Assembly: GCA_013239625.1 (NCBI GenBank)
Contig: MU053933.1
Span: 1,428,001 to 1,492,000 of the forward strand
From: Lama guanicoe
Taxonomy: Eukaryota
Direction: 5' to 3'
DNA: 64,000 bases
Positions 47,891 through 60,310 of the stretch are shown piece by piece. The notes beneath the pieces were generated by a model. It was not told the origin of the DNA. It saw only the letters and a list, made by a program, of their open reading frames with translations, and made no database searches. The translations under genes were made by a program, and so were the position numbers. Each line of letters starts with the position of its first letter. Position 1 is the stretch's first letter.

Positions 47891-48399
47891 CGGGGGGTCA
47901 GCAGCGGGGACAGTGGGGCACAGGAAACATGGCTTTTCCCATGAGGCATCAACCCCTTACACTTTGCTCCAGCCTGGGGAGGGAGGGCGGGGGTGGGGGT
48001 TTGGTGGGGAGCCCCAGGGGCATTTCTACTAGGTTCTGCCTGAGGCCGGCCCAGGGCCTCAGCCCCTAGGGCTGTCCTAGGTCACTGGGAGGAAAGGCAT
48101 TTCCTCTCCCACAGGGAAGGGCCATCAGAGGGCGACCCCCCACCCAGGGGTCACAAGGCCGGGCTGCAGGGCTGGTCTTGACAGAGGCGACTGGGAGGCT
48201 GACTGATCTGGCTGACAAGGGGAGGTGGGGCTGGGCTGATGAAAGGCAGGGGCGTCTCTTATCCCACAGCCGCTCCTGAATTCCAAGGACACAGTCCTAC
48301 CATGGGACGATTTGGGTCCCAGGGCTGCTGCAGGAACTCCAAGAACAGACCCCAGTATCCTCTCTGCTCTCTTTCTCCCTCTGAACTTTCTGTTTCAGG

Positions 48400-48690
48400 G
48401 CTGAGCTCCTGTAACGGAGGGAAGAGCCGGTAACGGAAAGGAATGAGCACCACCCCCAGGATGAAGATAACCCCACGAGGCCCTGCACCGGGGTGGAGGT
48501 CGGGGGTGGGGGTCTGGAGCTGTCTCCACGGGCTCCCGGCCCGTGGCTCCCCACGCCAGTGTTTTCTTTCCTCTCTCTCCGAGCAATAAAAGCAGCCGTT
48601 TTTTGGGTCACTTTGTCCCTCTGCCTCTATTGAGAATTCTTTCCCAGTCAGCGGGTAAGGACCCACACATCTGGGGGCTTTCCAATTTAG
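48400..48690 (+). mobile_element. Possible LTR R/U5 remnant
   Basis: caataaaagc...gaattctttccc...gtaaggaccc, similar to the U5 of the adjacent LTR (gaattctttcc...aaggaccc); left boundary uncertain. Confidence 0.35.
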
Positions 48691-48949
48691 GGTCCGTCTG
48701 TCCACTAACAGTCTCACCAGAGAAGATATTTCACCTGCCCTCGGTCTCCCTGCCTCAGCCCCTCTCTCCATGACTGCCCCCCTCTACCCCTATCTCTATC
48801 TCTGTCTGTCTCTTTCACACACATACACACACACACAGAATTCCAAGAGCAGGGCCTCCTGTGTGGAAAGGACTGGTGACGTTTACTCCAGAGCGAGTGG
48901 AAGGCCGGCAGTTGAGACAGGCTGGAAGGGGGCAGGGCACAGGGAGGGT

Positions 48950-49440
48950 TAAGACCGTAGAGGTCTGACTTCTAGCAGACCTTGAGCTGCATCATATGCT
49001 CAGTGTAGCATGTAAGCATGATAAATAGCACGCCCACGGGCGCCAGGACAGCCCCGAGGCCGACCACCGAAGGTCAGAGTGGGCGGTGGCCCAGCCCCTG
49101 GGAACCCCAGCCCCCTCCCCAGGGCAGTTGGAATGGTCCCACCTGGCAGCCCTCTCTCGCTCCCTCCCCTCTGGAGGCGGCCCGCACTCTGTGGCGTGTG
49201 TGCCTACTTTTACTGTAACCTGAGCGCCCAATTCCCACAGCTCTGGCCTGACCTTTCTCTGGCCTTACACTCTATGCAGTGTGCATCTCTCTAAACAAGT
49301 CTACCTTCACTCAACAGCGGCTCGCACTTGAATTCTTTCCTGCACAAGGTCAAGGACCCACACTTGGCGGGGCGCGTCCCAGGGGCTCAGCCGAGACCTG
49401 GGACTCAGCCCTCCTCACGCCCCATACCGTTTTTCCAACA
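48950..49440 (+). mobile_element. ERV1-like solo LTR
   Basis: U3 cacgcccacgggcgccaggacag; degenerate polyA region ctaaacaagtctaccttcact; U5 ggctcgcacttgaattctttcctgcacaag; ends ...ccaaca with no PBS. Confidence 0.75.
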
Positions 49441-49829
49441 TCAGAGTCGCAGTCCCCGCTCGGGCAAGTGGCTGTGGGGAGCGGGGCAACAAACAGATGG
49501 GGCTCAGTCATGCCCCTAACCCCGCATGACAGGTGCTCAGTGTTGTCTCAGTGTCTCTGAGCCACCGTCAGGCCAGGCTGGCAACCCTGGGGGGCAGGGC
49601 CAGCCTGAAACCCTTCTCACCCGGTTGGGGCTTCCTGAACACGGGTCCTTCTCACTCTGAGGGTCAGGCAGCCAGTGTGTGTGCGGTGGGAAGATGGGGG
49701 CGGCAGGGCCAGACTGGGGGTACTCCCTTCACGCTCCCCACAATGCCACTGTCCTAGCATAATGCTGACCTCACAGGGTGACGGGAGGGTGCCGGGGTGG
49801 GGGACATACAGGAGGGCCAGCACTCCAGC

Positions 49830-50006
49830 AGTGCCCGAATTCTGGGTGTCCTGCCACCTTCAGCAGTGTCCTGCCCACTCGGCTCGGACCCAGCCTGGAC
49901 CCCTGAGTTCCCGTCAGACAGGCCCCCCAGGACAGAAAGGGGTCCCCATACTGACATCCAGGACCCCCAGCTCTATCAACATTGGTTGAATGATGGATGG
50001 ATGAAC
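49830..50006 (+). mobile_element. L2 3' tail remnant
   Basis: ctctatcaacattggttgaatgatggatggatgaa resembles the L2 terminal (aatg)n. Confidence 0.45.
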
Positions 50007-50459
50007 ATGGAGCATCAGTCCTCCTGGCCAGAGTCCCCTGGGGGCTTCTGGGAAATGGCCCCTCCCTCCCACCCCCATTGTGCTGCCCCCCTCAACCCAG
50101 CGGGGCCCTGAGGCTCCTCCTTCCCCAGTTCCTGCCAGTGGGTCTGGGCGCAGCCGCCCCCAACCCCAACACCAGCCTGGAGCCCGCCTGTGCAGGTCCC
50201 GCCATGCCCGCAGACCAGCCTCCGCGGGCGGTGCTCCCGGTGGGCAGACCGCCCTGCACCAACTGCCCCGGAGCACGGCCCTCAGGCCTGAGATGCTGAC
50301 TGGGCTGCTGGCTGGGGCCGCCAGACTGTCAGGAGGACGTGCTATGCAAGGACAGGAAAGGAGGACGACAGTGAGCTCCCCGGGCCTCTCTGCCCAGCCC
50401 GAGTGAACCGTGCCGTCCCTCAAGGGTAAACACTCCATGTGGCCAGGAGAACTTTGATG

Positions 50460-51018
50460 GCTGAAAGGTCAGGCCCACAGCAAACATCACGGTCCAGGGC
50501 AGCCCAGAGCTTTCCCTCTGAGAGCAGGAGCAAGACGAGTGTCCACTCTCCCACCTCTATTCAACACCGTGCAGGCCGTTCCAGCCTGAGCAGTCGGGCA
50601 GGGAAAAGAAATGAAATTCAGTCTCTTGTAGTATTCTATATCCAGTGTCTTGCAGTAACATATAATGAAAAAGAATGTGAAAAGGAATACATGTAAGTTA
50701 AAAAAAAAGAAATGAAAGGCACCCAAAGTGGAAAAGAAGTCAAATTATCTCTGTTCAAAAAGGACATGGTCTCATGTATAGAAAATCCTAAAGATTAGAC
50801 ACACACACCAACAACAGGTAGAACTAATAAAGAATTCAACGACGCTGCAGGCTACAAAATCAGCACAGAGATCAGCTGTGTTTCTGTCCACAAACACAGC
50901 GACCAATATAAGATGGAAATTAGCAAATCATTTCACTTACAATAGCATCAGAAAATAAATAAAATACTTAGGAATAAACTTAACCAAGGAGACAAAACAC
51001 TTGTCCAGTGAAAATCAT
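50460..51018 (+). mobile_element. L1M ORF2 RT-domain remnant
   Basis: cccacagcaaacatca, gctttccctctgaga, tgtccactctcccacctctattcaaca, aaattatctctgttc...gacatg (degenerate LSLFADDM), aaaatacttaggaataaacttaaccaagga. Confidence 0.9.
50617..50704 (+). mobile_element. Short young L1-3'UTR-derived insertion with 13-bp TSD
   Basis: AAAAGAAATGAAA at 50604-50616 and 50705-50717 flank the insert. Confidence 0.8.
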
Positions 51019-51097
51019 GGGTGGTTAATTACATGTTCACTCAGCCAGGCCACAGAGCCCAGAAACTTGGTTAAACGTTATTCTGGACATTTCCATG
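51019..51097 (+). mobile_element. MLT2 (ERVL) LTR 5' fragment
   Basis: tggttaattacatgt...ggccacagagcccagaaacttggttaaacgttattctgga. Confidence 0.7.
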
Positions 51098-51133
51098 AAT
51101 GAATGGGTAGAAAATGCACTATACATATATACA

Positions 51134-51473
51134 CATCTCAGTCCGTTCAGGCTGCTATTAAAAAACACCAAGATTGGGTGTCTTATAAATCACAGAGATT
51201 TACTTCTCACCATTCTGGAGGCTGGAAGCCTGAGATCAAATGCCCGCAGATTCATTCTGGGAAGAACCTTGTTCTGTCTTCCTGCTGCCTCCTCACGTGG
51301 CAGCAAGGGCTGGGAGCCCTCTGAGGTTCCTTTATGAGGGCACTGACCCCGTTCATGGGGCTCCACCCTCGTGACCTCATCACCTCCCAAAGGCCCGACC
51401 CTGACACCATCAAACCGGGAGCTGGGGTTCCAATATAGGATTTTGGGGGGACACAAACACTCAGTCTATAGCA
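51134..51473 (-). mobile_element. MaLR solo LTR, MLT1A0-like, inserted in an L1MB 3' UTR
   Basis: tcagtccgttcaggctgcta, ttctggaggctggaagcctgagatcaa, ggctccaccctcgtgacctcatcacctcccaaaggccc, ggggacacaaacactcagtctatagca. Confidence 0.92.
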
Positions 51474-51860
51474 ACATACAAGGAATATTATTCAGCCTTA
51501 AAAAAGGAGATTCTGACACAGGCTACAGCATGGATGAATTTTGAAGACATTATGCTGAGTGAAATAAGCCAGTTGCAGAAAGACAAGTGCTGTCTGATCC
51601 ACTTACATGAGGTCCCTGGAGGAGTCAGACTCATAAAGACAGAAAGCAGGAGGGTGGGGGCCAGGGGCTGGGGGAAGGGGAGTGAGTGTTTAATGGGGAC
51701 AGAGTTTCAGTTTGGGAAGAAGGAGAGATCCTGGAGGTGGACGTGGGTGGTGGCGTTTGTACAACAATGCAAATGGACTTAATGCCACTGACCTGGATAC
51801 TTTAAAATGGTTAAAGTGGTAAGTTTTATGCTGCGGGTGTTTTACCATAATAAAAACAAC
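51474..51860 (+). mobile_element. L1MB2/3-like 3' end (upstream piece 51098-51133)
   Basis: ggaatattattcagccttaaaaaagga, gaagacattatgctgagtgaaataagccag, gtttaatggggacagagtttcagtttggga, cttaatgccactga...aaaatggttaaa. Confidence 0.92.
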
Positions 51861-54800
51861 GCGGGGCGCCAGTAGCCTGGGATGCAGGGTCCATCCTGGA
51901 GTCCAGAGCAGCTGCCAGGGCGGGAAGACCATCTCTGGGCGCCACGGTAAGTGCAGTGCAGAGGGCAGAGGGTGCAGTCACGGGCAGGGCTGTGCGGGGC
52001 CTTCCTCCACGTGGTTCCGCACGGGGCAGCGGTGTCCACCTGTGGCCCAGCCTGGTCTGTGCCCAGGGTCAGATGGCTCACTGGCTTTGAGCTGTGGCCT
52101 CGGCCACCTCTGTGGGGCCCCCTAACCATGGCTACACGGAGCCTGAGGGAGATTTCCCAAGTCCCGGCGTCAGCTGCTGGGACGTCCAGCACCACGCCAG
52201 ACCCGCCCTGGGAGTCTCAGGAGTGTGAAAGTCCCCCAGACGGGCTACCTCCCAGGGGTCACCACTGACACAAGCCTGGCCTCCAGGAACAGCCCAGCCT
52301 CTTTGCGACACCCCTGGCACCCAGGGCAGAAAGAGCCAGCAGGAGGCCCAGTTCCCGCGTCCTAGGGCTCCCCTGGGGGTGGGGGCCTGAGCAGGGACCT
52401 CCCAGGAACAGCTGCTGTCCCGCTGTCACCCAGGTTCACAGATAAAGGCTGACAGCCCGTGGGAAAGTCACCTTCGAGGCCACTGGGTTCAGTGCTTCCG
52501 TGTGGTGGATTTACACCTGCTGCCACGATAATGAACTTCACCAAAAGCGTGTACTGGGCCTTGAGCTATTAGCCAACGACACTAGGACAGGCGTAATTTC
52601 AAGAGAAACACAGATGGCTGCCATGTGCCAGCAACTTGTGCTGATGATCCAAAGAGCTCGGTGGCTTCCAGACTGGAAGGCAAGGCCCTCTGAGAGGCAG
52701 GGCGGGGTCCTGGGTACGACCCTAGTATTTTCAGCTCCAGCTAGGGGACTGGGTGGGACAGAGGCCTTTCCTCAAAAAGGACCCAGGAAGGGACTGGGGA
52801 CAAATGGCTGGCCACCCACAGAGGGCCTGGAAGGGCCAGCTGAGCGTCCGGAAGGGGCTGCGGTCCAATACAAGGCACTCCTCTTGGTGTCCATGTGCTC
52901 CCCCTGAGGTCAGGCTGCCCCGAGGGCGGCTCTGGACATGGCCAGGCATGCTGCGGCAGGGGTGGACACATGCCACCAGCCAGGACTGAGCAGGGCGGGC
53001 CTGCCGAGACAGGTGGCCAGAGCCCTCTCGCCCGCCCACTGGGCCGCAGGAATGTGCTGGGGGGTGCGGCCCAGGGCCTCTCCCCACTCCCAGCATCTGG
53101 GACCCCGCCCGCGGGGCGCCAACGGGGCCTGTGGGGCTCTAAGAGACCCTGACCCCTCCTGGGGTCTGTGCCGACCAGGGGAAGGGAGGGTCCATGTCCT
53201 GCCTCCTTGCTTTTCTGAGTTTTCAGGGAAAACAACCAATTAAGAGTAGCAGCAATTTCACTCCAAATTTATTACTTTTCCCAAAACTGGCTTTGCTTGG
53301 TAGCTCTCAACCCGGGGCCCGCTGTGGGCTTGTCCAGAGGGGTGTGTTTAGGTCAGAGATCAGCTTCTTGACACCCACCCTCAGCTCTGCCAACCATGAC
53401 GTCCCGAGAGCTCGGGCCTGTCCCCTTCCCGCCCTGCTGTGCTCACACGCGCGCGCACACCCCCGTGTACGGCGGTGGCAGGGGCCTGAGTCCCAGCAGT
53501 GCTTTTCCTCGCAAGAGGCTCCTGTGGCAACAGGTAGGTCCCACCACCTCCCCCAAGACCTTGGGGGTCTCGTTCACGGTGCACCTGCCACCGGGACCCG
53601 CCAACCTCCCAGTGCCAGCCGAGGCCCAGGGCAGGAAGACCCTTCCCCAAGTCCTCGCCACCACTGGAGTGGGCCTGGTGGGCATGGTCAGCCTGAGCCC
53701 CGTGCCCTGTGGGGCTGTGGGACGCGTGGGTTTGGTGCAGGACGGGGACAGCCTGGGAGCCCTCAGGCAGCTCCAGGGTCCCCACCCCAGGCAACTCGCC
53801 CGACCCCACAGGCCTGGACATCGGTGCACCCAGCCCACGGCTCCCTGGTGCCCACTCCGCCCTCCGAGCCCCCATCCAAGGGTGTGCAGAGAGCCAGGCC
53901 GGCCCTGCCCACTGATCAAAGGACAGTCCTCACAGCTGCTCCCAAGTAGGGGCTACAGTGTCCTGCCCCACCCTTCAGCCGGGCACCACTCGGGACCATG
54001 CTTTGGAGGTTACCTGCTGTCTCTACAGAAGTGACCACTGGCACACCAGCAATGGGCACATGCGGCTGGCGGTGGAGCAGGAATGGTCACCAGCAGGACA
54101 CGCGTTCCACCACATTCCCGCCTCCCCTGCACTGGGCCAGGGTGGGCAGGGCTGTGGGATGTGAGCAGGGGCCAGGGTCCAGGGTGGGGATGTGGGCGGG
54201 GCTGTGCCCAGAAGGGTTCAGCTGCTGTCTAGGGGACAGGGTAGGAGGTAGGGGTGGGGGTGCAGGGGGTGGGCGGGCTGCGCCACCCCCCTGCAGGCAG
54301 CATCCCTTGCAGCAGAGGGTCCAGTCTCTGGGACAAGGAAGGGTGGGGAGGGGGAGGAAGGGGGAGCACCCTGGAGGACCCCCCATGGGTCTGTGACCTC
54401 GGGAGGCTTAAGTGCTGCACCGCCATCTCTTCTGTTGAACTGTCATTTGGTGCCTGGGTCAAAGGCCAAAGGCACAGGTCAAGGGCCAAGAGCACAGCCT
54501 GGACGAGGATACGGCCAGGCACCCACTACCCAGGCCCACAGTCCCCTGTGGGGTCAGAACTGGGAAGCCTGGGTTGCGGCACAGGGCGCAACTCCTGGAG
54601 GGGAAGGAGAGGGGCAAAGTCTGCCTTTACCCTCTGACGAGAAGGGGCCTCAGAAATGGGGGCCACGTCGCCCCCACCCAGAGGGAGGGTCTGGGTGCAG
54701 GAAGAGCCCCGGGCATTAAAGGGCTGGGGGAGCCAGGGCTTCCTCTGACCCCGTGAGTCACTCACAGACCCACAGCTCTGCAGCCCGAGAGCAGCCTGGC

Positions 54801-57544
54801 TCAGACGGTGTGTACAGGCAAGGAAGCTGACAGAACGTGGTGACGTCCCCGAAGTGGGAGTGAGAGCAGCAGACCAGGGCCTCAGGATGGAGTGGGGAGG
54901 GAGGGAGGGGGAGGCTGGCCTGGAGGGTCTGCTGTCCCATCGGCTGGCTCGGACCCCGAGAGCTGCCAGGCCAGGCACAGCTCACGTCGCCTGCGCGTGC
55001 AGAGGAGGAAGGTGTGCGCCTCAGCTGCAGCGGGCGCGGACCTGGAGCTGCCTGTGCACGCGGGCCGCCCATGCGTGGGGCTCACACAGGCAGGACACTC
55101 AGGGTCCCCCCGGGCCCCCATTGGAAGGGGATACACATCCCAGCCTCTCTCTGCATCTGGCCCGTTTATTCCTTGGGCCGGACCCGGTTCTGGTGGGAGA
55201 GGGCTCAGCGGCCGGCGCACCTCTGTCCACTGCTCAGGGGTGGTGTCCCCTGGGGCCGCATCACCAGAGCCTTCCTGGGACAAACACCCACCCAGCTGGC
55301 TCACACCCCCAACCCCTTGGGTGCTCCTGGGGCAGGGTGGGGTGGGGGGGTAACAAGATGTTTCCAGAACCTTTAGAGGGTGGGATCCTGGAACCAAGAT
55401 CCTTTCAAAGAGCAGGAAAACCTTGGCCGGAGGGTGGGGCTTTCCTTCTGTTTCCAGAGCCCTGCCGGCCAGGCCAGCAGCCGGCACTCATTTGGATCTT
55501 CAGAGGGACCAGGAGCTGCCCGACTCCTTCTGCTCTCGGGCCCAAGTATGAAAGTCAGACTTCTGCTCCTGGATGACCACAACCAGACGGCCACTCCCGA
55601 CCCCAAAGCTCTCAGGGGACAAGAAATAACGGACACATCTCAGGAGTCAGAGTGACACAGGATGCTGACTGGCAGGGACCCTCAGGTGGCCCCCACCCTG
55701 GTCTGTCCACCTGTGGCCTGCCCATCTGCTGGCCCCACCCCCGTGCCATCTCCAGACCCAGCAGATCATGGGGCTTAAATGCCTCACTGCCTGAAGCCTC
55801 CAGAGCTTTCCAGGTGCCTGCCTCACCCCCAGAGTGCCATCAGCTGCGTGCAGAGTGTCAGCCCTGTTTCGCAGGCGGCCCTCCCCCTAAACGGCTGTTT
55901 CACAGCAGTTTGGCTAAACCTCAAGAACAGCTCTGGGGACAGGGCCCCATGGACACAATCGGAGCTGGGGGACTGGGCCAGAGGGGGCACACACCAAAGC
56001 AGCCCCTCCACGTAGCGGGGGCAGGCCTCACTCCAATGAAAGACTCAGGGACCCTTGGGGACGTGTGTTGGTGGCCAGCAGCCTCGACTTGGGGAGACAG
56101 TTAGCTGTGTTTTTGCCGGAGTGGTTTTCAAATCAACGGCACATCTGCGGTGGCGGGGGCCAGGTGTAGTGAACCGGGTCTCTGCAAACTGGCCGTCCCT
56201 CTCAGCAGGAATGCGGGCTGAGCAAGGCCAGTGTTCTTCCGTCCTTCTGGGAAGACACCTGCCTGGGGGATGGGGAGCTTCCCCTGCACCCCAACGAGCC
56301 TCTGGGATCCCTGAAGCCCCACACCCATCCCCCGGCAACCAAGCAGGACCATGCTGTCATCAGGGACCACGTGGTGGGTCTCCCAGCCCAGCAGGACTGT
56401 GCTCCGGTGGGGTGACTGAGAGCTCCGGGGCCGGAAACCAGCAGCACCAGAGGGAGGGGCCCAGGCCCACGTCTCTCCAGCCCAGAGAGGTGCTGAGCCT
56501 GGGAACCAACCAGCCCAGCACAAGCCTGCACTTGTGCACACACATGGGCCGGGGCTCAGAGGGCCACAAAGATGACTCGAGCCGGCTCACAGCACTCCCC
56601 CGGCCCTGCTCTGAATGGCAGGCGTGGTGTTGGGGCTCCCCCTCAAAGGCTATGGCCGTGAGGATCCTTCACCAGCTCCCAGGAGTGGAGAAGGACCCAT
56701 GTCTCAACAGATATGGTCCAGCACACGGAACCCCCGGGCTCGGGGGCGCTACCCCTGAGCCTCCTCCCCGACCAGCACCCCAGAGAGAGCAGCCCCATCT
56801 TCAGGAGACCTGTGGGGACAGAAAGCGTCACTGAGAGACCCTCTAATCCGCAAGGGGCCCTTCGTATGTTCAGTCTGCAAACTGCCTCAGTAGGTGGCGT
56901 GTCCAGGCTGGGGACCAGGATCCCTGCAGCAGGGCGGACTCGGCTGCTGGCTGTGCCGGGCATCCAGCCCACATGAGAAGCGAGCGTTCAGCCGGGAATC
57001 CGGGTCCTGGGGTGGCTGCAACAAAGCACCACGCTGGGGAGTTTCTTCTCAGTCCGGAGGCGGAGGCGGGGAGCCTGAGACCCTTCAGCAGCCGGGCCTG
57101 CGTCGGGCCCTTCCTTCCACCGGCGCAGGAGAGCATCACACCTCCTTTCAGCTGGAAAAGCTGTGCTCCGAGGAGCCGGGGCACCGGCTCTGGGAGGGTC
57201 ACGTCCCCCTCCCGCTGGACTGCAGCCTCCTGAGCAAGCGCAGGAGGCTGGGGAGGAGCGGCCAGGGACCAGCCAGATGAGGCTTTGAATCCACTTAGGG
57301 GTCCCAAGACCCTGAGCTCCCGTGGAAGGTGTGTACAGCTGGGCACAGGTGGACAGGAGGCCAAGCGGGCCTGGGCCGAGGAGCCCGCAGCCCGGCGTGG
57401 GGGCGTCCTCACAGCCCCGCTGCCGACGGTCCTTTCCTTGGGATTTGCACTCTTTGAAATAGCACTGCACTGAATTTCTGGAAATTTGATATATATTCAT
57501 ATCTCCTGAGAACACGCAGTGTATGTCTTTCTTGTTAGCATTTT

Positions 57545-59190
57545 GTGTGTTCACATCCTAAACAACTTGACTGAGGTATGACTGATGCACAGGAACGTGC
57601 ACACGTGTAAAGTGCACGATCTGATGGAAACCCAGCGCCATGATCAAGGGAGCAGCATCCCGGCGCCCCTGCCGTCTCCAGGCAACCACCGATTCGCACG
57701 CTGTCACTGCAGTGAGTCTGCATCTTTCGGGAGGTGCAGGTGGAATCCTACGGCCAGGCTCTGCTCTGCCTGGCTTCTCACCTGCTGCCGGGAGATGCAT
57801 TTGTGCTGCCAAGTCGTCCTCCACGCACAGGGCGTCTGCAGGGTTCTCTCCGCTCCCCGCCAGGGGACATGTGTTTTGTTCCCACTTTGGGGCTGTTACA
57901 GACGGAGCTGCAGTGAGCACTCATGCACATGTCCTTGCAGGGGTGAAGGCCTCCATTCCTCCAGGAGTGGAATGGCTGGGTCCTACGGTTGACGTGCGTT
58001 TAAATTTGAAGAAACTTCCAGACTGTTTTCTAAAGTGGTGGCACCCAGTCATACTCTCCCCAGCAAGGAATGAGAGTTCCCATTCATCCCCAGCCTCCGG
58101 CCCTTGGGATGTTCCCTCTTTCAAATTCTAGACTTCCTAATTAGAGCACAGTGGCCTCTGGTTGGGGTTTTAACCTGGATTTCCCTGATAACCAGTGACG
58201 CTGAACTTGTGTATTTGCCGTCGCGAGTCTTGGGGAAACGCACACTCACGTTTTCTGCCTGTTTGTCAAGTTGGGTTGTTTTCCTACTGGGGGGTTCAGG
58301 GAGTTCTGAATTCAAATTCTTTACTGGACACACGCTCTGCAAAGCTTCCCGCAGGCTGCAGCTCATCTTCCCAACTCGTAACAGGGCCTTTGGGAGAGCA
58401 AAGTTCCTCATGTTCATGAAGTCCAACTTACCCGTTTTCTTTTATGACTCATTCTGGGTTCTATCTAAGAAATCTTCTCCTAACTCAAGGTTACAAAGAA
58501 TTTCTCCTATGTTTTCTTCCAGAAATTTTATTTTTAGATTATATCCTTGGGTCTATGATTTTGAGTCAATGTTTAGTATATGGTGAGACGGATGGATCCA
58601 AGTCCCATTTCGGTGCTCACGGATACCTGTTATGCTGCGCCATTTGCTGAAAAGGCTGCCTTCTCTTTACTGAACTGTCTGTCCCTTGTTGAAAATTGTC
58701 CATATATGTGTGGACCATCCATTCTGTTCCATTCATGTATTTGCCCATCCCGATGTCAACACCACACTGTCCTGATTGTGGTCACTTTGCAGTAAATCTT
58801 GAAACTAGGCTATGTCCTCCAAATGTGTTCTTTATCGGATTTATGCCGGCTTTCTAAGTCCTCTACATCTCCCTTGGAAACTGGGAATCAGCATCAGCCA
58901 AGAGCCTGAGGGGACCTGGACTGGGATCGCTCTGAAGGAGTCCATCAACTTGGGAGAACTGACATTTTAACATTACGGCATCTTTCAGTGCATGAACACA
59001 GTCCCTCTCTCCACTTTTACTTCATGTTAACTTCCTTTGGCAGTACTTGGTAATTTTCAGTCAGGACGTGCACCTTGTTTTGTAAGCCGTATCCCTAACG
59101 AGTTCACGTATTTGGTGGTATTTTTCATTTAGTTTTGAATTGCTTGTTGCTCATAAGTAGAGCATCGTCTATTCCTGCACAACAACCTCG
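57545..59190 (-). mobile_element. Old L1M (L1MD/L1ME-like) ORF2 3' part and 3' UTR
   Basis: gagtggaatggctgggtc, ttccagactgttttctaaagtgg, tttccctgataaccagtga, tttctcctatgttttcttccagaaatttta, caacaccacactgtcctgatt, ttgggagaactgacattttaaca. Confidence 0.9.
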
Positions 59191-60059
59191 TGTTAAGCTT
59201 GCTGCACTCACCACCCTCGTGACGGGGCCACAAGGGAGCCTTGGGACGAGGAGGGGCCTCAGGTCCAGGCCTCCTGAGAACCCAGCCCCACCCACAAACC
59301 CTGGGTGGTCCTGGCAAGCCCCCCCTCCTGCCTTAGGGGCTCCTGCAGGGACAGGTGCTGCTGGCTTTGAGAGTAATGGGCCGGGGGAGGGGGGAGAGGA
59401 GCTGGAATGCCCTGAATCTAAGGAGGTCACGGCCCTGACCCCCACCCACCAGGGCTCCAGAGACGCCCCACTCCCCCAGAAGCTGTCTTCTCCACAAGCG
59501 TTTTTACTTCTGCAGCCAAACCCTGACACTCGGGGTCGTGTCCTATGCTCCCTCCCCATCCAAATCCAAGGGGTGGCGGGGGTCCCGCCCAGCTTGAAGA
59601 GCTTCCTGCCGCCCTGAGGGCACATTTCAGCCAGTGCAGCAGGGAGATGAGGTGCGGTCTCAGAAACGCCCTTAAAAGGCTGAGGAGGGCAGGCGGGGGC
59701 TGCAGGGGCTTCTGGGCACCGAACAGGGCTGCCCAGGAGCAGCTGCTCTGGTCACTGTGGCAACAACCGCTCCTGTCCATTTATAACTCCCAGCTGGGAG
59801 CTCCCAGCTCAGATGGCTGGAGGCCCGAGTGAGAGCCTGGCCCCACCCTCCCACTCCTGGGGAAGGAGGAAGGCAGGTCTGCGTGTTCCTGGACTGGTTT
59901 TCCAATCAGAGAATAGCCACCTGCACAGGCCACTGGTCACACTCCTCGACCACCAAGGCTAATCCAGAGCCTGGGAAAGTCACTGGCCTTTCCCTCACTG
60001 ACCACCTGCTTACTGAGAGATGGGGCAGCAGTGCTCCAAACCTGCACCGTCCCGGAGTC

Positions 60060-60310
60060 CCCTCCAGCCCTACTAGCTCCCAGTATGTCCCCAGGCACCT
60101 GGTTCTCTGCTGCCTCAGGGCCTTTGCACTTGTTACGCCTGCCTGTCCTGCTGGCACCCCACCTGACTGACTGCCTGTGCCCTTCAGAGCCTCTCCTGGG
60201 CAGCAGGGTCTTATGGAGTGAGCCATTTACTTGCTATCTCCATCCACATCCCAGTCTGCTGTGTCCCGCCAGGTCCCCAGCATCCACCAGGGTGCAGGGC
60301 AGTGAAAGGA
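60060..60310 (+). mobile_element. L2 3' region remnant
   Basis: tgcctcagggcctttgcacttg and downstream tccccagcat. Confidence 0.55.
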
